NCBI RefSeq assembly: GCF_009914755.1 | Contig: NC_060938.1 | Origin: the human T2T-CHM13v2.0 reference genome, Homo sapiens | Reading direction: 5' to 3' (one strand) | Length of the DNA stretch: 64,000 nt | Shown: piece after piece, positions 1-13,309 of the stretch | How positions within the stretch are numbered: position 1 is the stretch's first letter | Layout of the letters: each line of letters starts with the position of its first letter | Translations under genes and position numbers: made by a program | Notes under the pieces: generated by a model | Told to the model about the DNA's origin: nothing | Database searches by the model: none | Seen by the model: the letters and a program-made list of their open reading frames with translations, nothing else

Positions 1-1032
1 GTACCTTGCACATAGTAAGCACACCATACATATTAGTAGCAGTGATAGAAGTTCTTATTATTCCTCTTCTATTCAATGTCAAGAGCAGTACCTTTCATAC
101 AGGAAGCCTTTTTCCTTACTCAACTTGTCCATCTTCCCCTTGTTATTCCTCCCAATGAGGTAATAAGACAGATATAATTGGCTAAATCCTAGCGATTTTT
201 AACCTCAATTTCTGTAACCTCCATGTAATTTCCCCTCTACCTAATGAAAGTGCCTCAGAGTTTTGCAAAGGATATACAGATGTGTCCGTAAGGGCTGAAG
301 TCATAGGCAAAGCTTCTTAGACATTTTCAGTTTATAAAACAATAAAATACTATCTGTGTTTTTAGACTTTACAAATAACCTGTAGAAATGGTTTTCCTAA
401 AGTAAAGCCAAAAAGAAATGGAGCAAGTCAAAATGCCTCCCTTTTCAAAGTATTACCCCCACCCCAATGAAAAGAAGTTGAGAAATATATATGAAATTAT
501 TATGGAATAAATATTTATTAATTATATTTAAATTATCAATTACCTAAATCAGGGCTCCATACATTATGAGGAGAAGTTCCTTTTCGTTTCTTTAAAGGCT
601 TAACATCACAAAGGGATGGCTTACACTGCACTCTCCAATAATGACAAGACAGGACAGTGAGGATGATGTCACTAATAGTGGTTGAGAAGGGCATTGGTGC
701 TCACAATTTGTGTGGAAGCTTTCAGATAAAACTGACATCTCCCAATAAATCTTAATATGCAAGTTGAAGATCCCAAATATAGATATGTTATTCATCTTTT
801 TTTCGTTTCAGAAAGGAAATTGATTGCTCTATTACTTATATTTGGAATTAAATGTTAATATCTTAGTTTAAATACTTGACTAGAACTTCAGATAAAATAT
901 TAACATCTTCAGGAACATATCAGTTAATTTTGTAAACCCTTGAGGCTATCATTTTTTTAATGTATAATCTCAAAATCCCCAATTACATGAATTCGTAATG
1001 CAGTTGATGACTGTCATATCGAATGTTCTTAG

Positions 1033-1505
1033 CCCTCAGGCGAACCGCAAATTGAGGATGACATGTTAAAAGAAGAAATGAATGGATTTTCATCCTTTGC
1101 AAGGTCACTAGTACCCTCTTCAGAGAGACTACACCTAAGTCTACATAAATCCAGTAAAGTCATCACAAATGGTCCTGAGAAGAACTCCAGTTCCTCCCCG
1201 TCCAGTGTGGATTATGCAGCCTCCGGGCCCCGGAAACTGAGCTCTGGAGCCCTGTATGGCAGAAGGCCCAGAAGCACATTCCCAAATTCCCACCGGTTTC
1301 AGTTAGTCATTTCGAAAGCACCCAGTGGGGATCTTTTGGATAAACATTCTGAACTCTTTTCTAACAAACAATTGCCATTCACTCCTCGCACTTTAAAAAC
1401 AGAAGCAAAATCTTTCCTGTCACAGTATCGCTATTATACACCTGCCAAAAGAAAAAAGGATTTTACAGATCAACGGATAGAAGCTGAAACCCAGACTGAA
1501 TTAAG
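1033..1505 (+). CDS. SPATA7: SPATA7 exon 6 (spermatogenesis-associated protein 7, ciliary/photoreceptor protein; LCA3 gene)
   Basis: Acceptor ttcttAG at 1031-1032; reads [19 protein letters not shown]...AETQTEL; donor AG|GTATGA; 473 bp, ends in phase 2. Exon numbering is from knowledge of the 12-exon gene. Confidence 0.96.
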
Positions 1506-2430
1506 GTATGACACATCAGCAACCAACAGTAAATCCTTCAGGAAATTAAATGAAAATTAATGAATTAATATTCCTTGTTTTCTGCTGCCAGCCTTAAGAT
1601 CTGATAGTGCCCTTTTGATTGGAATGAGATGAATGTGACTTTTCCTTTTCCATGTATCACTAGAACTATCAGAGTAATTGCTGAAAAATAGCTATTAAAC
1701 TGGTCAAGCACCTTATGCGTATGAATTACATATTTTATTATTTCAAGCGTGGTTCAAGAATTGTGTATGTTTTTAAATATTATACTTTCAGAGAATTCTT
1801 AAAATAGGTCATCAGACAGCATTTGTGGAAATATGCATATTGATTCATGTTAAAAGTGGCGAAACAATGGGCTATAGAGGGGAAGAAACTAACCCTTTAT
1901 CCATCTAACCCTCTGCTCCATTTCCTGCAGATATTCCGGCCAGTCTTCATAGCAACAACTGCCAAGAATAATTTTAAATTGGGATAATTTCTAGAAATTA
2001 AGTATAATTTGCCTCAATAATGTTTTCAAATACAGTAGTGCCTGGCACAAGATGAATGTTCAATAAAAGTTTGCCAGATGACTAAAGAAAAAAACAAATC
2101 TTGTCAAGTTTTGAGATTTAGCAGATTTGTGATTGTGATTGTTTTTCTAGTATTACATAAACAATTTATCTGGCAGTAGGTTTTAGTTGTTTTAGAAAGT
2201 AAAAACAATTTAAGATTAGTATTTTTTTCTTTGAATATAGATAAGTACAGTGATATCAGATGAGTCTGCAGATATTTAATCAAATAAAATCAAATAATTC
2301 AAAATTATGTATTTTATAAGAATAGATGGGTCTCATTCTTTTTGAGTTTATTTTTTCTAGCCAGTAAACCTTGTTACCACAGTGCTTATATTTTGAAGGA
2401 TTAACAATTATTTATTTTAAATTATTACAG

Positions 2431-2497
2431 CTTTAAATCTGAGTTGGGGACAGCTGAGACTAAAAACATGACAGATTCAGAAATGAACATAAAGCAG
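2431..2497 (+). CDS. SPATA7: SPATA7 exon 7
   Basis: ttacAG|C TTT AAA...AAG CAG|GTAATA; (S)FKSELGTAETKNMTDSEMNIKQ; 67 bp, phase matches exon 6. Confidence 0.95.
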
Positions 2498-3239
2498 GTA
2501 ATAAGTATGAAATCTTTTGGTATTGCTACATTTGAATTACAGATGTTTTTCAGTAAATAGAATATGTACAGCTATTTAGACTGTGAAGAATAATCTGTTG
2601 GTGGCACTTATCATACATGATATAGCCAGTATACAGAAGGTCTGCCTATTTACAAATGGTTATAGCTCTCTCTGAATGGCCAGGTGGATCCTGCCAAATC
2701 TGGGAAGTCATTTGTTACTAACATCTTTCCTAGATGATTGGTTGGCTGGCTGGACAAATGGAAGGATCAGTAAAATACCTTAAGTATTGTTTTCAAAGAT
2801 GCAGACCTGGATTACTAGAGGAGCCAGCAGAGTAGTGCAGAAGTTGAGTTTTTATACCTTTTTTTTTTTTGTAAAGAATTGCCACATATTATATAATTGG
2901 AAATTATACATTTTATAAGAATAAGTAGCTGTTATTCTCTTATGTTTGCCTCTGCTTTTTCTAGACCATGAAGCTGTTTATTACAGGGTTTATATTTTGA
3001 ATTCTTAGCATCATTTCTTTTAAAATATTGCAACTTTGAGTCTGATTTTGAGATAAATTGTTTTATTTTTGGAGTTTCAGTCTTGCACTTGTGTCCTGAC
3101 TTAAATTTGTTGCTTATAAAAATGGTTTGTCTATTAAAATGTCAAACACAGATCCAGAGATAGAAGAATAAAATATAATCATACTCAACTTCCCCCTTCC
3201 CTTCTGAAAATGGGTAGAAGGTGGTAGTTTTCCATCTCA

Positions 3240-3425
3240 GCTATTAATCGCTGTTTGACATAGGGCCCTGCCACTTAAGGCCCAAGGACAAATCACTTAT
3301 CCTCTGAGAGCTGAATTTCCTCATCTAGAAAAACTGTACTTAACTTGCAGGATTATTAGGAGGAGTAAATGATGTAGGCAAAGTGCCTAGCCTGGTAAGG
3401 GCTTAATAAATGATAGCTATTACTA
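3240..3425 (+). mobile_element. MIR
   Basis: aaatcacttatcctctgag...tttcctcatct core; aataaatgatagctatta end. Confidence 0.6.
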
Positions 3426-4148
3426 GCTTGAAATTTTTGGAAAGAGTTAGCTTTGCAGATAACTACGTAAACATGAAAAAATATTTATTTACAATCCTGC
3501 AAGAAAATGTGTGTCCCCATATTCCATAGATAGTGCCATCAGTACTTGACTTGAAGAAGCCAGTAGAGTATTAACTGCAGTAGATCCATATTTTAACAGC
3601 ACCTTTAAAACTGTAAAGCACTATACATAAATTGTCATTGTAAAGATTGAATCTAATGATGTGAGTAAATGCTTGGCACAGTTTGTGGTGTGTAGTAAGG
3701 AGTCTATAAAAGTAAGCTGCCATTATTTTTGTTTGTTAATATTATTGTTCATGCTGCCAGCGCTACCACTGCTTCTACATATTTGACATGTTGGCATTTA
3801 AAACAGATGAGCTATTTGAATTTCTGAATAATGAGATTTTGTTCCCTCAAACTTACTTAAAAGTTGAAAATTTGCTTCATTTTTCCCTTTATATGTTTAT
3901 TTGTGGCAATTTCTTAATGTCATTTAAATGCCACTCATTAAAATACAAGAAATAAGTCATTTTATCTTTAAGTTTAAGAAAAAAGTGCTGGATGGATAGA
4001 AAAATTATTCTAAAATATTCTTTGTCGTACTGTATAATTTTTATCTACTGGATATCTCTGTTCAATCACTTAAAATTTGCTGTGTTATATTCTGCTTTCG
4101 TAATGTATTTTTAAGCAAAAATAAAGATTTTTTTTATTGCATCCCCAG

Positions 4149-4264
4149 GCATCTAATTGTGTGACATATGATGCCAAAGAAAAAATAGCTCCTTTACCTT
4201 TAGAAGGGCATGACTCAACATGGGATGAGATTAAGGATGATGCTCTTCAGCATTCCTCACCAAG
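4149..4264 (+). CDS. SPATA7: SPATA7 exon 8
   Basis: cccAG|GCA...CCA AG|GTAAAC; ASNCVTYDAKEKIAPLPLEGHDSTWDEIKDDALQHSSP(R); 116 bp. Confidence 0.95.
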
Positions 4265-4692
4265 GTAAACAGTTCACAGGAGAAATAATTTCAACTGTCT
4301 TTAATTGCCTTCTTGTATAACAGACATATAGTATTTGCCGCATAAGTACTATTTAATTGCATGCTCCAATCTATTTTGGTGTTATGTAATTCAATAACAG
4401 TTTTAGTTTTACCAAGGAAATTTTACAAATTGAAGTGCTTAGTAAAAGTTGAAATGAATTAATTTTGCTAATTCATTAGTAAAGGAAAAAACCACACCAA
4501 CTTGTATTATTTATTATCACTGTTCATTAAAAAAATGATTTTCCCCAAGACAAGTCCTCTGGCAGTGATGCTAACCAGTTTACATGCCACAAATAGTACT
4601 GAAGAGCTTTACCATTTGAGGAGTCATAATTTGTGATTTTGAATATTCATCATATCCTAGTGCTTGACCAATCTGTGCTATATGAAGACACT

Positions 4693-4694
4693 AT

Positions 4695-4733
<39 letters not shown>

Positions 4734-4795
4734 TGAGACAGTCTCTCTCTGTTGTCCAGGCTGGAGTGCAGTGGTGCGGTCTCAGCTCACTGCAA
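4693..4795 (-). mobile_element. Alu 3' fragment with (ATTT)n tail
   Basis: (attt)~10 followed by gagacagtctct...caggctggagtgcagtgg. Confidence 0.8.
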
Positions 4796-5690
4796 TGGAG
4801 GCACTCTTTAAAAACTACTCATCATGTTGAGTAATTAAGGAATATTATACATTAATTAGCAGGTAGTAGAAAACCTAAAAGATGCCTCGATAGTTTCAGT
4901 TGTCAAATGTATTTCCAGTGTCAGAGAGTGGATATGAAATGCCGGTGGAAGGGGTAGAAGAAAGGAAGGAGTAGAGATTAAAAAGAGGGCAAGAATAAGG
5001 TGTTAGTAGCAGACCACTAGGGAAGTACACACAATCCCCTCAGGCTCTGGCTTCTCCCTCAGGCCTTTGCTAGGGAGATCTCACCTGCTAAGGCCATGGA
5101 GAGTTCATTGTTAACTACCCTGTCTTTGAAATTTCTGATGTTTCAACACATATAACTTATTATTTATTAATATAACTGCTCTTGAGCCAGTCTTCATTGA
5201 ATATTAAGAATGACTTAAGGAAAGGAATATTTATCTTTTCTAATACTTTCTAAAAGAAGTAAAGTAGAATAGTATAGTTGAGTATACCTGAATAAAATTT
5301 AGCTTCAAATTAATTATTGGTAACATAACTGAATAATAACAAAATTTATCATGATGACCACCTTTAAAAATATTTTCATAATAATGTATCTATATCCAGC
5401 ATTATCTATACATTAACCTTAGTCAAATTGTCATTGTTTATACTAGAGAAGTGCCGTAGTGTAGTTTTAAAAAGAATTGTGAATTTATACCTAGAAAAGT
5501 AGTTTAAAAACCTGTCTTTGCTGCTTACTAACATTAACCTTGGAAAGTTACTTAGCCTTTCTGACCCTTGGTGAACTAATCAGTAAATGGGAAAAATAAT
5601 ACACAGCCCACATGCCTGACTGGGTTGTTTAGAAGATTAAATTAGATATGGGTATGAGAGTGCTTTAAAAATTGCTGAAACATGTAATTA

Positions 5691-5901
5691 CAGGTTGAGC
5701 ATCCCAAATTTGAAAATCTGTAATTCACCATACTCCAAAATCCGACATGATGCCCAAAGGAAATGCTCATTGGAACATTTTTGGATTTCAGATTTTTGGA
5801 TTGAGATGCTCAACTACTAAGTATATAATGGAAATATTCCAAAATCCAAATTCTGAAACACTTCTGGTTCCAAACATCTAAGATAAGGGCTATTCAGTGT
5901 G
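5691..5901. mobile_element. Tigger4/MER46-like DNA transposon inserted in a MIR
   Basis: TA-CAGGTTGAGCATCCC left end, degenerate right TIR followed by TA. Confidence 0.7.
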
Positions 5902-5980
5902 TACTAATATACAATGTTATTGAGTACTTATTGTATGCCAACCACTGTTTTGCTCAACTACTTTAACTTCCTCTTTCTAG

Positions 5981-6034
5981 GGCAATGTGTCAGTATTCCC
6001 TGAAGCCCCCTTCAACTCGTAAAATCTACTCTGA
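5981..6034 (+). CDS. SPATA7: SPATA7 exon 9
   Basis: ctctttctAG|G GCA ATG...TCT GA|GTAAGA; AMCQYSLKPPSTRKIYS(D); 54 bp. Confidence 0.95.
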
Positions 6035-6129
6035 GTAAGATCTTTTTTAAGTCTTCGTTTTGCATAGTGGAATCAAGGATTAAGAATCAAAGAAACCATA
6101 TTAAATAAGTCAGGATTGAACAATAATCT

Positions 6130-6665
6130 CTTTTTTTAAAACTGGCAAGTAATAAATGTACATATTCATGGAGTACCTAGTGATATTTTGATACATATAC
6201 TGTACAGTGATTAGAACAGTTTAATTAGCATATCCATCATCTCGAACATTTTATCATTTCTTTGTGTTGGAAACATTGAGTATCCTTCTTCTAGCTATTT
6301 GAAACTATGTATTATTGTTAACCATGGTAGTCATCCTATAGTGGTATAGAACACTAGAACTTACTCCTCCTATCTAGCTATAATTTTGTATCTTGTAACA
6401 AATCTCAGCTTGTCCCTCATTCCCGTCTACCCTTCCCAGCCTCCAGTACCTTCTGTTCTACTTTCTACTTCTATGAAATCAACTGTTTTTAGCTTCCACA
6501 TATGAGTGAGAACATGCGATGTTTAACTTTCTGTTGCTGGCTTATTTCACCAGCATCCATCCATGTTCCATCCATGTTGCCACAAATGACATGATTTTAT
6601 TTGTTTTTATGGCTGAATAGTATTTCATGGTGTATATATACATTTTCTTTATCCATTCATCTGTG
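6130..6665 (-). mobile_element. L1MA-like 3' fragment
   Basis: L1 3'UTR/ORF2-end motifs (ccacatatgagtgagaacatg; tttttatggctgaatagtattt). Confidence 0.7.
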
Positions 6666-7943
6666 AACACTAATCTCTCTTACAACCAGCTTTGGGATAT
6701 CAATCGTATAATACATACTAAATTTGAGAAACTGACCTGAATAATTTTCTCGAATTTTTTTGAGAAATAATAACAACTTTCTGGAATAATTATCAATCAC
6801 GTCATTTTTATCTCCAGTAGAAATTTGTCCCCAGGTATTACCTGATACTTTTTAATAATCAGTATCCATGATTCTTACTTATTTTTTAAGTAAAAATAAT
6901 AAAATAATAAAGAAGAGTTTTAGAGAAATGCAGACTTTTAATAGTTCAGGATACTCTTTCCAGAGGTTTCTAACCTCAGCAGTTCTTTGCAGATATTTTA
7001 TTTGTAGATTTTAATGTTGTTTTAATTAAGTTACTCTTTTTAGGGAAAATAATTTATAAAATTTTATTTATTTTCAAATATGCTGTTTTTAAATAAGCAA
7101 GACCCTGTGAATCAGTTTGAAAGTGTAACTTTTTATTAAACATTTAAATCTATTATTTGATTTGCTTATTAACTCTTCCCTTATATTTGCTTATTCAGTA
7201 ATTTAGTTACTTGCTACTTACATTTGGTATTAATTCACTAATTTCAGCTAATTAAAATCAAACGTACAATAATATCCTAATTTTCTTGTAATAGCTACTA
7301 AAATATAGTTATAATAGAGAAGTGTGTTCAAGTAGTTAAAAATTACCACAAGATTTATGTTCACAAATTTTCCTATGAGAATTTTTCGTCTCCAAACGTT
7401 TTGAGAGAAAAAATAAATTTTTCTGCTTAGTAAATTTCTCAACCTTAAAACAAGATGCTGGCCTAGGGCTAGGAGAGGACTTCTTAGTTGAAGCTCCTGC
7501 TTCTCTGGACAACTTTCCTCTTCCTTCTTGCAAATGCTTTGCAGAGGGACTTGCACCTCTGCTGCTGGACCTGGTCAGGAGCAAGAGGAAATTTAAAACA
7601 TTCCTCGGGAGTGCTTGCTCCCAGTGGATTGCATTTGATTGCGCCTTGTCCTTCGTTGCTTTCTTTTTGTGTTGTTTAATTCTGCTTGTTTTTTACTGCT
7701 ATGGATGTTGCAGATATCTGTGAAATTTTACTCTATTAGGTCATCACCTTTAGTAAATATTTATCCTTGCATAATTTGAGAAGGTAGACATGTTTGTTTT
7801 GTAATATTCCCCTTAGTAATATGAGATAGAAGTACATTGGTAATGGTAGAGATAGATATTTCTAATTAGGTACTAATGTTTCTTACAGTTTTCAGAATAA
7901 GTAAGGAATAATTTTTATGCTATATATTGCCTTCCTTTTACAG

Positions 7944-8021
7944 TGAAGAAGAACTGTTGTATCTGAGTTTCATTGAAGATGTAACAGATGAAATTTTGAA
8001 ACTTGGTTTATTTTCAAACAG
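7944..8021 (+). CDS. SPATA7: SPATA7 exon 10
   Basis: ttttacAG|T GAA...AAC AG|GTTAGT; EEELLYLSFIEDVTDEILKLGLFSN(R); 78 bp. Confidence 0.95.
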
Positions 8022-8814
8022 GTTAGTTTTTTTAATGGTGTTATGTTAATTCAGGAGTACATTAAATATTCTTCATATTTCTTCATATGATGTTAAAATT
8101 TTAAAGTTATTTTCCCATATTAGGAAATGAAAAAATATATTGCTTTCTTGGAAACTTATTATTATAATTGATAGCAAGTTGTAAAGAATGTTTAATTCAT
8201 ACTCTAGGGGAAGTTCACCACTTGGGAGAATTAAAGAATAGAGCTTTTATTCATTTTAATATTATATCCCTTGAGTTATAAGTGACTAGTGAAGGAAGAT
8301 CTTTATCACTTATTTGCAAAGCTCCATAATCCCATTTTACTACCTAAAATTGTCATGAGAATCAAAAGCAAGCATTTTTGGTGCAACCATTATTAGTATT
8401 AGATCTAGTAAAATGAGAACAAATTAAGAGCTAGGTTTGCACGCTGTAAGTTAAATGGAAAGTTTGCAAAACCAGATTAGCTATTGCATAGCTTAAGGAA
8501 ACTGTGTGTCCTGAATTTTGCTTGAACATTTATGTATCTAAGATTCATTGAGCATTGAGCTCTACTTTGTGTTATGTAACCTAGGACCCTATTATGTATA
8601 CTACTTGCTTTCTCTGTCATAATAATATGCCAAGCATAGACATTTTTAATAAATTATTTCTATCCTCTACATCAAGTTTTTTAAAAAATTAAAGCAAACA
8701 TTTTCATTATTGGTATAAAAAGGCATATCAAAAAGACCTAAGATTTTTGGCATTAATTCTGTTGACCCCTTTCATTTTAAAAAGTTGGTTAATAATATTT
8801 GCATAATATGGGTA

Positions 8815-9200
8815 AAGAGTTTCAGGATACATAATGAAAAGTTTTGGCAATCTGTATCACAATATGAATATACCTAACACTGCTGAATCGTGCACTTAAA
8901 AATGGTTAAGATGATAAGTTTGGTTAGTTTTTGCCACCACAAGAAAAAAAGTACACATACAAAATCATATGTATTTATGCTTAAAATTTTATGTTTTTCT
9001 CAAGATTATAAGACTGTTTATTACAGCATTTTTATAATTGTACCAAAAACCAGAATCAACCTAAATGTTTAATGGTAAATGTTTGGTTGAATAAACTGTG
9101 GAATATATATGAAATGTGAGGTCTGTTTAGGGATTAAAAATGATGTTGAAGTGAATTTACAGATATAGAAAGATGTTAAAGATATATGTCATTGATTAGA
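8815..9200 (+). mobile_element. Old L1M 3' fragments
   Basis: gtgcacttaaaaatggttaagatg and ataaactgtggaatat motifs typical of L1MB/ME 3' ends. Confidence 0.5.
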
Positions 9201-9213
9201 AAAAACAAAATAG

Positions 9214-9523
9214 GGCTGGGCGCAGTGGCTCACACCAGTAATCCCAGCACTTTGGGAGGCTAAGGTGGGCGGATCACAAGGTCAGGAGTTCAACACCAGC
9301 CTGGCCAATATGGTGAAACCTCATCTCTACTAAAAATACAAAAATTAGCTGGGCGTGGTGGTGCACGCCTGTAGTCCCAGCTACTCAGGAGGGTGAGGCA
9401 GGAGAATCGCTTGAACCCCGCAAGGCGGAGGTTGCAGTGAGCTGAGATCGTGCCACCACACTCCATCTTGGGCGACAGAGTGAGACTCTGTCTCAGAAAA
9501 AAAAAAAAAAAGAAAAAGAAAAA
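9214..9523 (+). mobile_element. Alu (AluS-like), full-length
   Basis: Dimeric Alu with A tail; TSD AGAAAAAACAA(A/G)ATAG at 9198-9213 and 9524-9539. Confidence 0.92.
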
Positions 9524-10084
9524 AGAAAAAACAAGATAGATACCCAAATAGTATGTATTGTTTAATTACAAGTTGGTAAAGAAATACAAATGAATAGAAA
9601 AAATGCCTAGTAGTGAATATTCTAAAATGTTAACAATAGTTGTAAAAAGTAGAATACAGATTTCTTGGGTTTTAAAAAAAAATTGTGAAATAATTCAGAA
9701 CTACTAACTCTGAGGTTGGTTCATAACTTCACTGATGCTAGCAAATGATAACAAAGGAAATTAGTTGTTTTTTAAGAAACTGTTGATACATTCCTGTGAT
9801 AGAGAGGTGAGCATGGTGTTCTAGAATGAAGAAATTCTGTGGAGCCAGACACATCTGGGTTAAATTCTCCTAAAGGCTTTTGACCTCAGGGGAGAGGAAA
9901 TTATCATCTTAGAGATGTGGCTTTCTCGTCTTTAAAATGGTTTTTACACTATCTTTCCCTCCCTACATTGGTCAGAACTAGAGGTAAAATGATTATTATG
10001 ACTAGCACAGTAGCACTTAATGGAAATTAATAGGTGATAACTTTTAAATTATTATGTGGATTTACCATCAGTGGGAGTTTTTAA

Positions 10085-11927
10085 ATTTTTTAATTATTTT
10101 TTAAAATTTTGTGAGGTACACAGTAGGTATGTATATTTAAGGGGTACATGAGATGTTTTGATACAGGCAAGCATTGTGAAATAAGAACGTCACGGAGAGT
10201 GGGGTATCCATCCTCTCAAGCATTTATCCTTTGAGTTACAAACGATCAGATTACATTCTCTAAGTTATTTTAAATGTACAATTAAGTTACTATTGACTGT
10301 AGTCACCCTGTTGTGCTGTCAAATGGTCTTATTCATTCTTTCTATGTTTTTGTACCCATTAACTACCCCACTTAACCTGCAGCCCTCTACTACCCTTCCC
10401 AGCCTCTGTTAACCATCCTTCTACTCTCTATGCCCATGAGTTCAATTGTTTTGATTTTTAGATCCCACAAATACGTGGGAGAATGCAATGTTTGTCTTTC
10501 TGTGCCAGGCTCATTTCACTTAATATAATGATCTCCAGTTCCGTCCATATTGTTGCAGATGACAGGATCTCACTTTTTTAATGGCTGAATAGTACTCCAT
10601 GGTGTATATGTACTACGTTTTTTTATCCATTCATTTGTTAATGGACACTTAGTTGCTTCCAAATCTTAGCTGTCATAAACAGTGCTACGACAAACATAAG
10701 AGTGCAGGTATCTCTTCGATATCCTGACTTACTTCCTTTTGGGATTGCTGGAACATATGGTAGCTCAATTTCTAGTTTTTTGAGGGACCTCCAAACTGTT
10801 CTCCATAGTGGTTGAACTAATAGTTTACATTCTTACCAACAGTGTGCAAGGATTCCCTTTTCTCCACATCCTCACCAGCATTTATTATTGCTTGTTTTTG
10901 CATATAAGCCATTTTAACTGGAGTGAGATGATACCTCATTGTAGTTTTGATTTGCATTCCTCTGATGATCAGTGATGTGTGGAATACCTTTTCATATTCC
11001 TGTCTACAATTCGTATGTCTTTTGAGAATTGTCTATTCAAATCTTTTGCCCATTTTTTGATTGGGTTATTAGATTTTTCCCTATAAATCTAATAGTAAAT
11101 AGTTGTTTGAGCTCCTTATATATTCTGGTTATTAATTCCTTGTCAGAGGGGTAGTTTGCAAATATTTTCTCCCATTCTGTGGATTGTCTCTTCACTTTGT
11201 TGGTTATATCCTTTGCTGTGTGGAAGCTTTTTAATTTGTGATCCCATTTGTCCATGTTTGCTTTGGTTGCCTGTGCTTGTGGGATATTACTCAAGAAGTC
11301 TTTGCCAGACCAGTGTCCTAGAGATTTTCCCTCAATGTTTTCATTTAGTAGTTCCATAGTTTCAGAACTTATATTTAAGCCTTTCATCTATTTTGATTTG
11401 ATTTTTGTATGTGGTGAGAGATAGGGGTCTAGTTTCATTCTTTTGCATATGGGTATCCAGTTTTCCCATTACCATTTATTGAAGAGACTGCCTTTTCCCC
11501 AGTGTATGTATGTTCTTGGCAACTTTGTCAAAAATGAGTTCACTATAGGTGTGTGGATTTGTTTCTGAGTTCTCTATTCTGTTCCATTGGTCTGTGTCTG
11601 TTTTTATGCCTGACCATGCTGTTTTGGTTACTGTAGCTCTGTACTGTAATTTGAAGTCAGGTAACATGATTCCACCAGTTTTGTTCTTTTTACTTAGGAT
11701 AGCTTTGGCTATTCTGGGTCTTTTGTAGTTTCATGTACATTTTAGGATTTTTTTTTCTATTTCTGTGAATAATGTCACTGGTATTTTGATAGGGATTGCA
11801 TTGACTCTGTAGATTGCTTTGGGTGGTGTGGACATTTTAACAATATTGATTCTTCCAATCCATGAATTTGGAATATTTTTCCTTTTTTTTTTTTGGTGTC
11901 CTTTTCCATTTTGTTCATTGGTGTTTT
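10085..11927 (-). mobile_element. 5'-truncated L1MA-like element in SPATA7 intron 10
   Basis: ORF2 C-terminal remnants (11037..11387, 11476..11667) and an L1MA-type 3'UTR. Confidence 0.8.
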
Positions 11928-12012
11928 ATACTTTAATATAGGAATTTTTAAAAGTATAATTTAGGAAGGATTATAAAATATCTCTGTAAGAGGTTTTTCT
12001 TTAGGGTTTGGT

Positions 12013-12033
12013 TGTGTGTGTGTGTGTGTGTGT
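12013..12033 (+). repeat. (TG)10 microsatellite
   Basis: Read directly from the sequence. Confidence 0.9.
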
Positions 12034-12351
12034 AAATATCGGGGTAGAGAGGCTTTGGGTGTTTGCATATGTCTGTGAGAGAAAAACAGCTTTTTGGTGG
12101 TGGGGTGAGAAAAAGGAGAATTTTATTCAAAGAAATAAAAGTAGCATACAGTCTTTCAGAAATATGTAATGTGAAGCAAATGCATAATGGAAGAACTTAG
12201 AACAGGAAAGGATTAGTCTTCAGCTTTACAGAGAAAAAGAAAAATCTGAAAAACATTTTTCAACCTTTGTAGTTTCAGTGTTACGTAGCTAGTTTATATT
12301 TAGATGATTTTCTGATTTTGAGACATTAACATTTTTGTTTATCATTTGTAG

Positions 12352-12406
12352 GTTTTTAGAACGACTGTTCGAGCGACATATAAAACAAAATAAACATTTG
12401 GAGGAG
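12352..12406 (+). CDS. SPATA7: SPATA7 exon 11
   Basis: tttgtAG|G TTT TTA...GAG GAG|GTTTGT; FLERLFERHIKQNKHLEE; 55 bp, ends in phase 0. Confidence 0.95.
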
Positions 12407-12646
12407 GTTTGTCTTTCCTTATAACTTCATTAGAAAAATTATAATGTAAAAATAATTGTATGGTTTTTTTCATACCTTCAAACAATACATTAAAAGCAAG
12501 TGCTTTTTTTTTCCCTTGAACTTTTTTGAGGGTGGTGGTGGGAGAAGTGAAAGGAAAAGTATTAATCCTGTGAGATTTTCAGCACTGCAGTCAAAATTTA
12601 ATTTGACTCAATTAATGTAATTAGTCTCATCTTTTCTTAATCCTAG

Positions 12647-13231
12647 GAAAAAATGCGCCACCTGCTGCATGTCCTGAAAGTAGACTTAGGCTGCACATCG
12701 GAGGAAAACTCGGTAAAGCAAAATGATGTTGATATGTTGAATGTATTTGATTTTGAAAAGGCTGGGAATTCAGAACCAAATGAATTAAAAAATGAAAGTG
12801 AAGTAACAATTCAGCAGGAACGTCAACAATACCAAAAGGCTTTGGATATGTTATTGTCGGCACCAAAGGATGAGAACGAGATATTCCCTTCACCAACTGA
12901 ATTTTTCATGCCTATTTATAAATCAAAGCATTCAGAAGGGGTTATAATTCAACAGGTGAATGATGAAACAAATCTTGAAACTTCAACTTTGGATGAAAAT
13001 CATCCAAGTATTTCAGACAGTTTAACAGATCGGGAAACTTCTGTGAATGTCATTGAAGGTGATAGTGACCCTGAAAAGGTTGAGATTTCAAATGGATTAT
13101 GTGGTCTTAACACATCACCCTCCCAATCTGTTCAGTTCTCCAGTGTCAAAGGCGACAATAATCATGACATGGAGTTATCAACTCTTAAAATCATGGAAAT
13201 GAGCATTGAGGACTGCCCTTTGGATGTTTAA
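12647..13231 (+). CDS. SPATA7: SPATA7 exon 12 (last coding exon)
   Basis: tcctAG|GAA AAA ATG CGC...; EKMRHLLHVLK...SIEDCPLDV*, matching ORF 12653..13231; stop TAA at 13229-13231. Confidence 0.96.
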   Translation, partial: EKMRHLLHVLKVDLGCTSEENSVKQNDVDMLNVFDFEKAGNSEPNELKNESEVTIQQERQQYQKALDMLLSAPKDENEIFPSPTEFFMPIYKSKHSEGVIIQQVNDETNLETSTLDENHPSISDSLTDRETSVNVIEGDSDPEKVEISNGLCGLNTSPSQSVQFSSVKGDNNHDMELSTLKIMEMSIEDCPLDV

Positions 13232-13239
13232 TCTTCATT

Positions 13240-13245
13240 AATAAA
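13240..13245 (+). terminator. SPATA7: SPATA7 polyadenylation signal AATAAA
   Basis: AATAAA 9 nt after the stop, followed by a U-rich tract at ~13275-13290. Confidence 0.8.
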
Positions 13246-13309
13246 TACCTCAAATGGCCAGTAACTCAATATTACTTTTCTTCCTTTTTTAAAATGTATG
13301 TATAAGATT

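Noticed and set aside
1033-1039. Alternative acceptor CAG 7 nt inside SPATA7 exon 6
   Set aside because: Would frameshift; no evidence of use from sequence alone
7488-7679. Signal-peptide-like ORF MKLLLLWTTFLFLLANA...
   Set aside because: TTG start, intronic, no promoter or in-phase splice support
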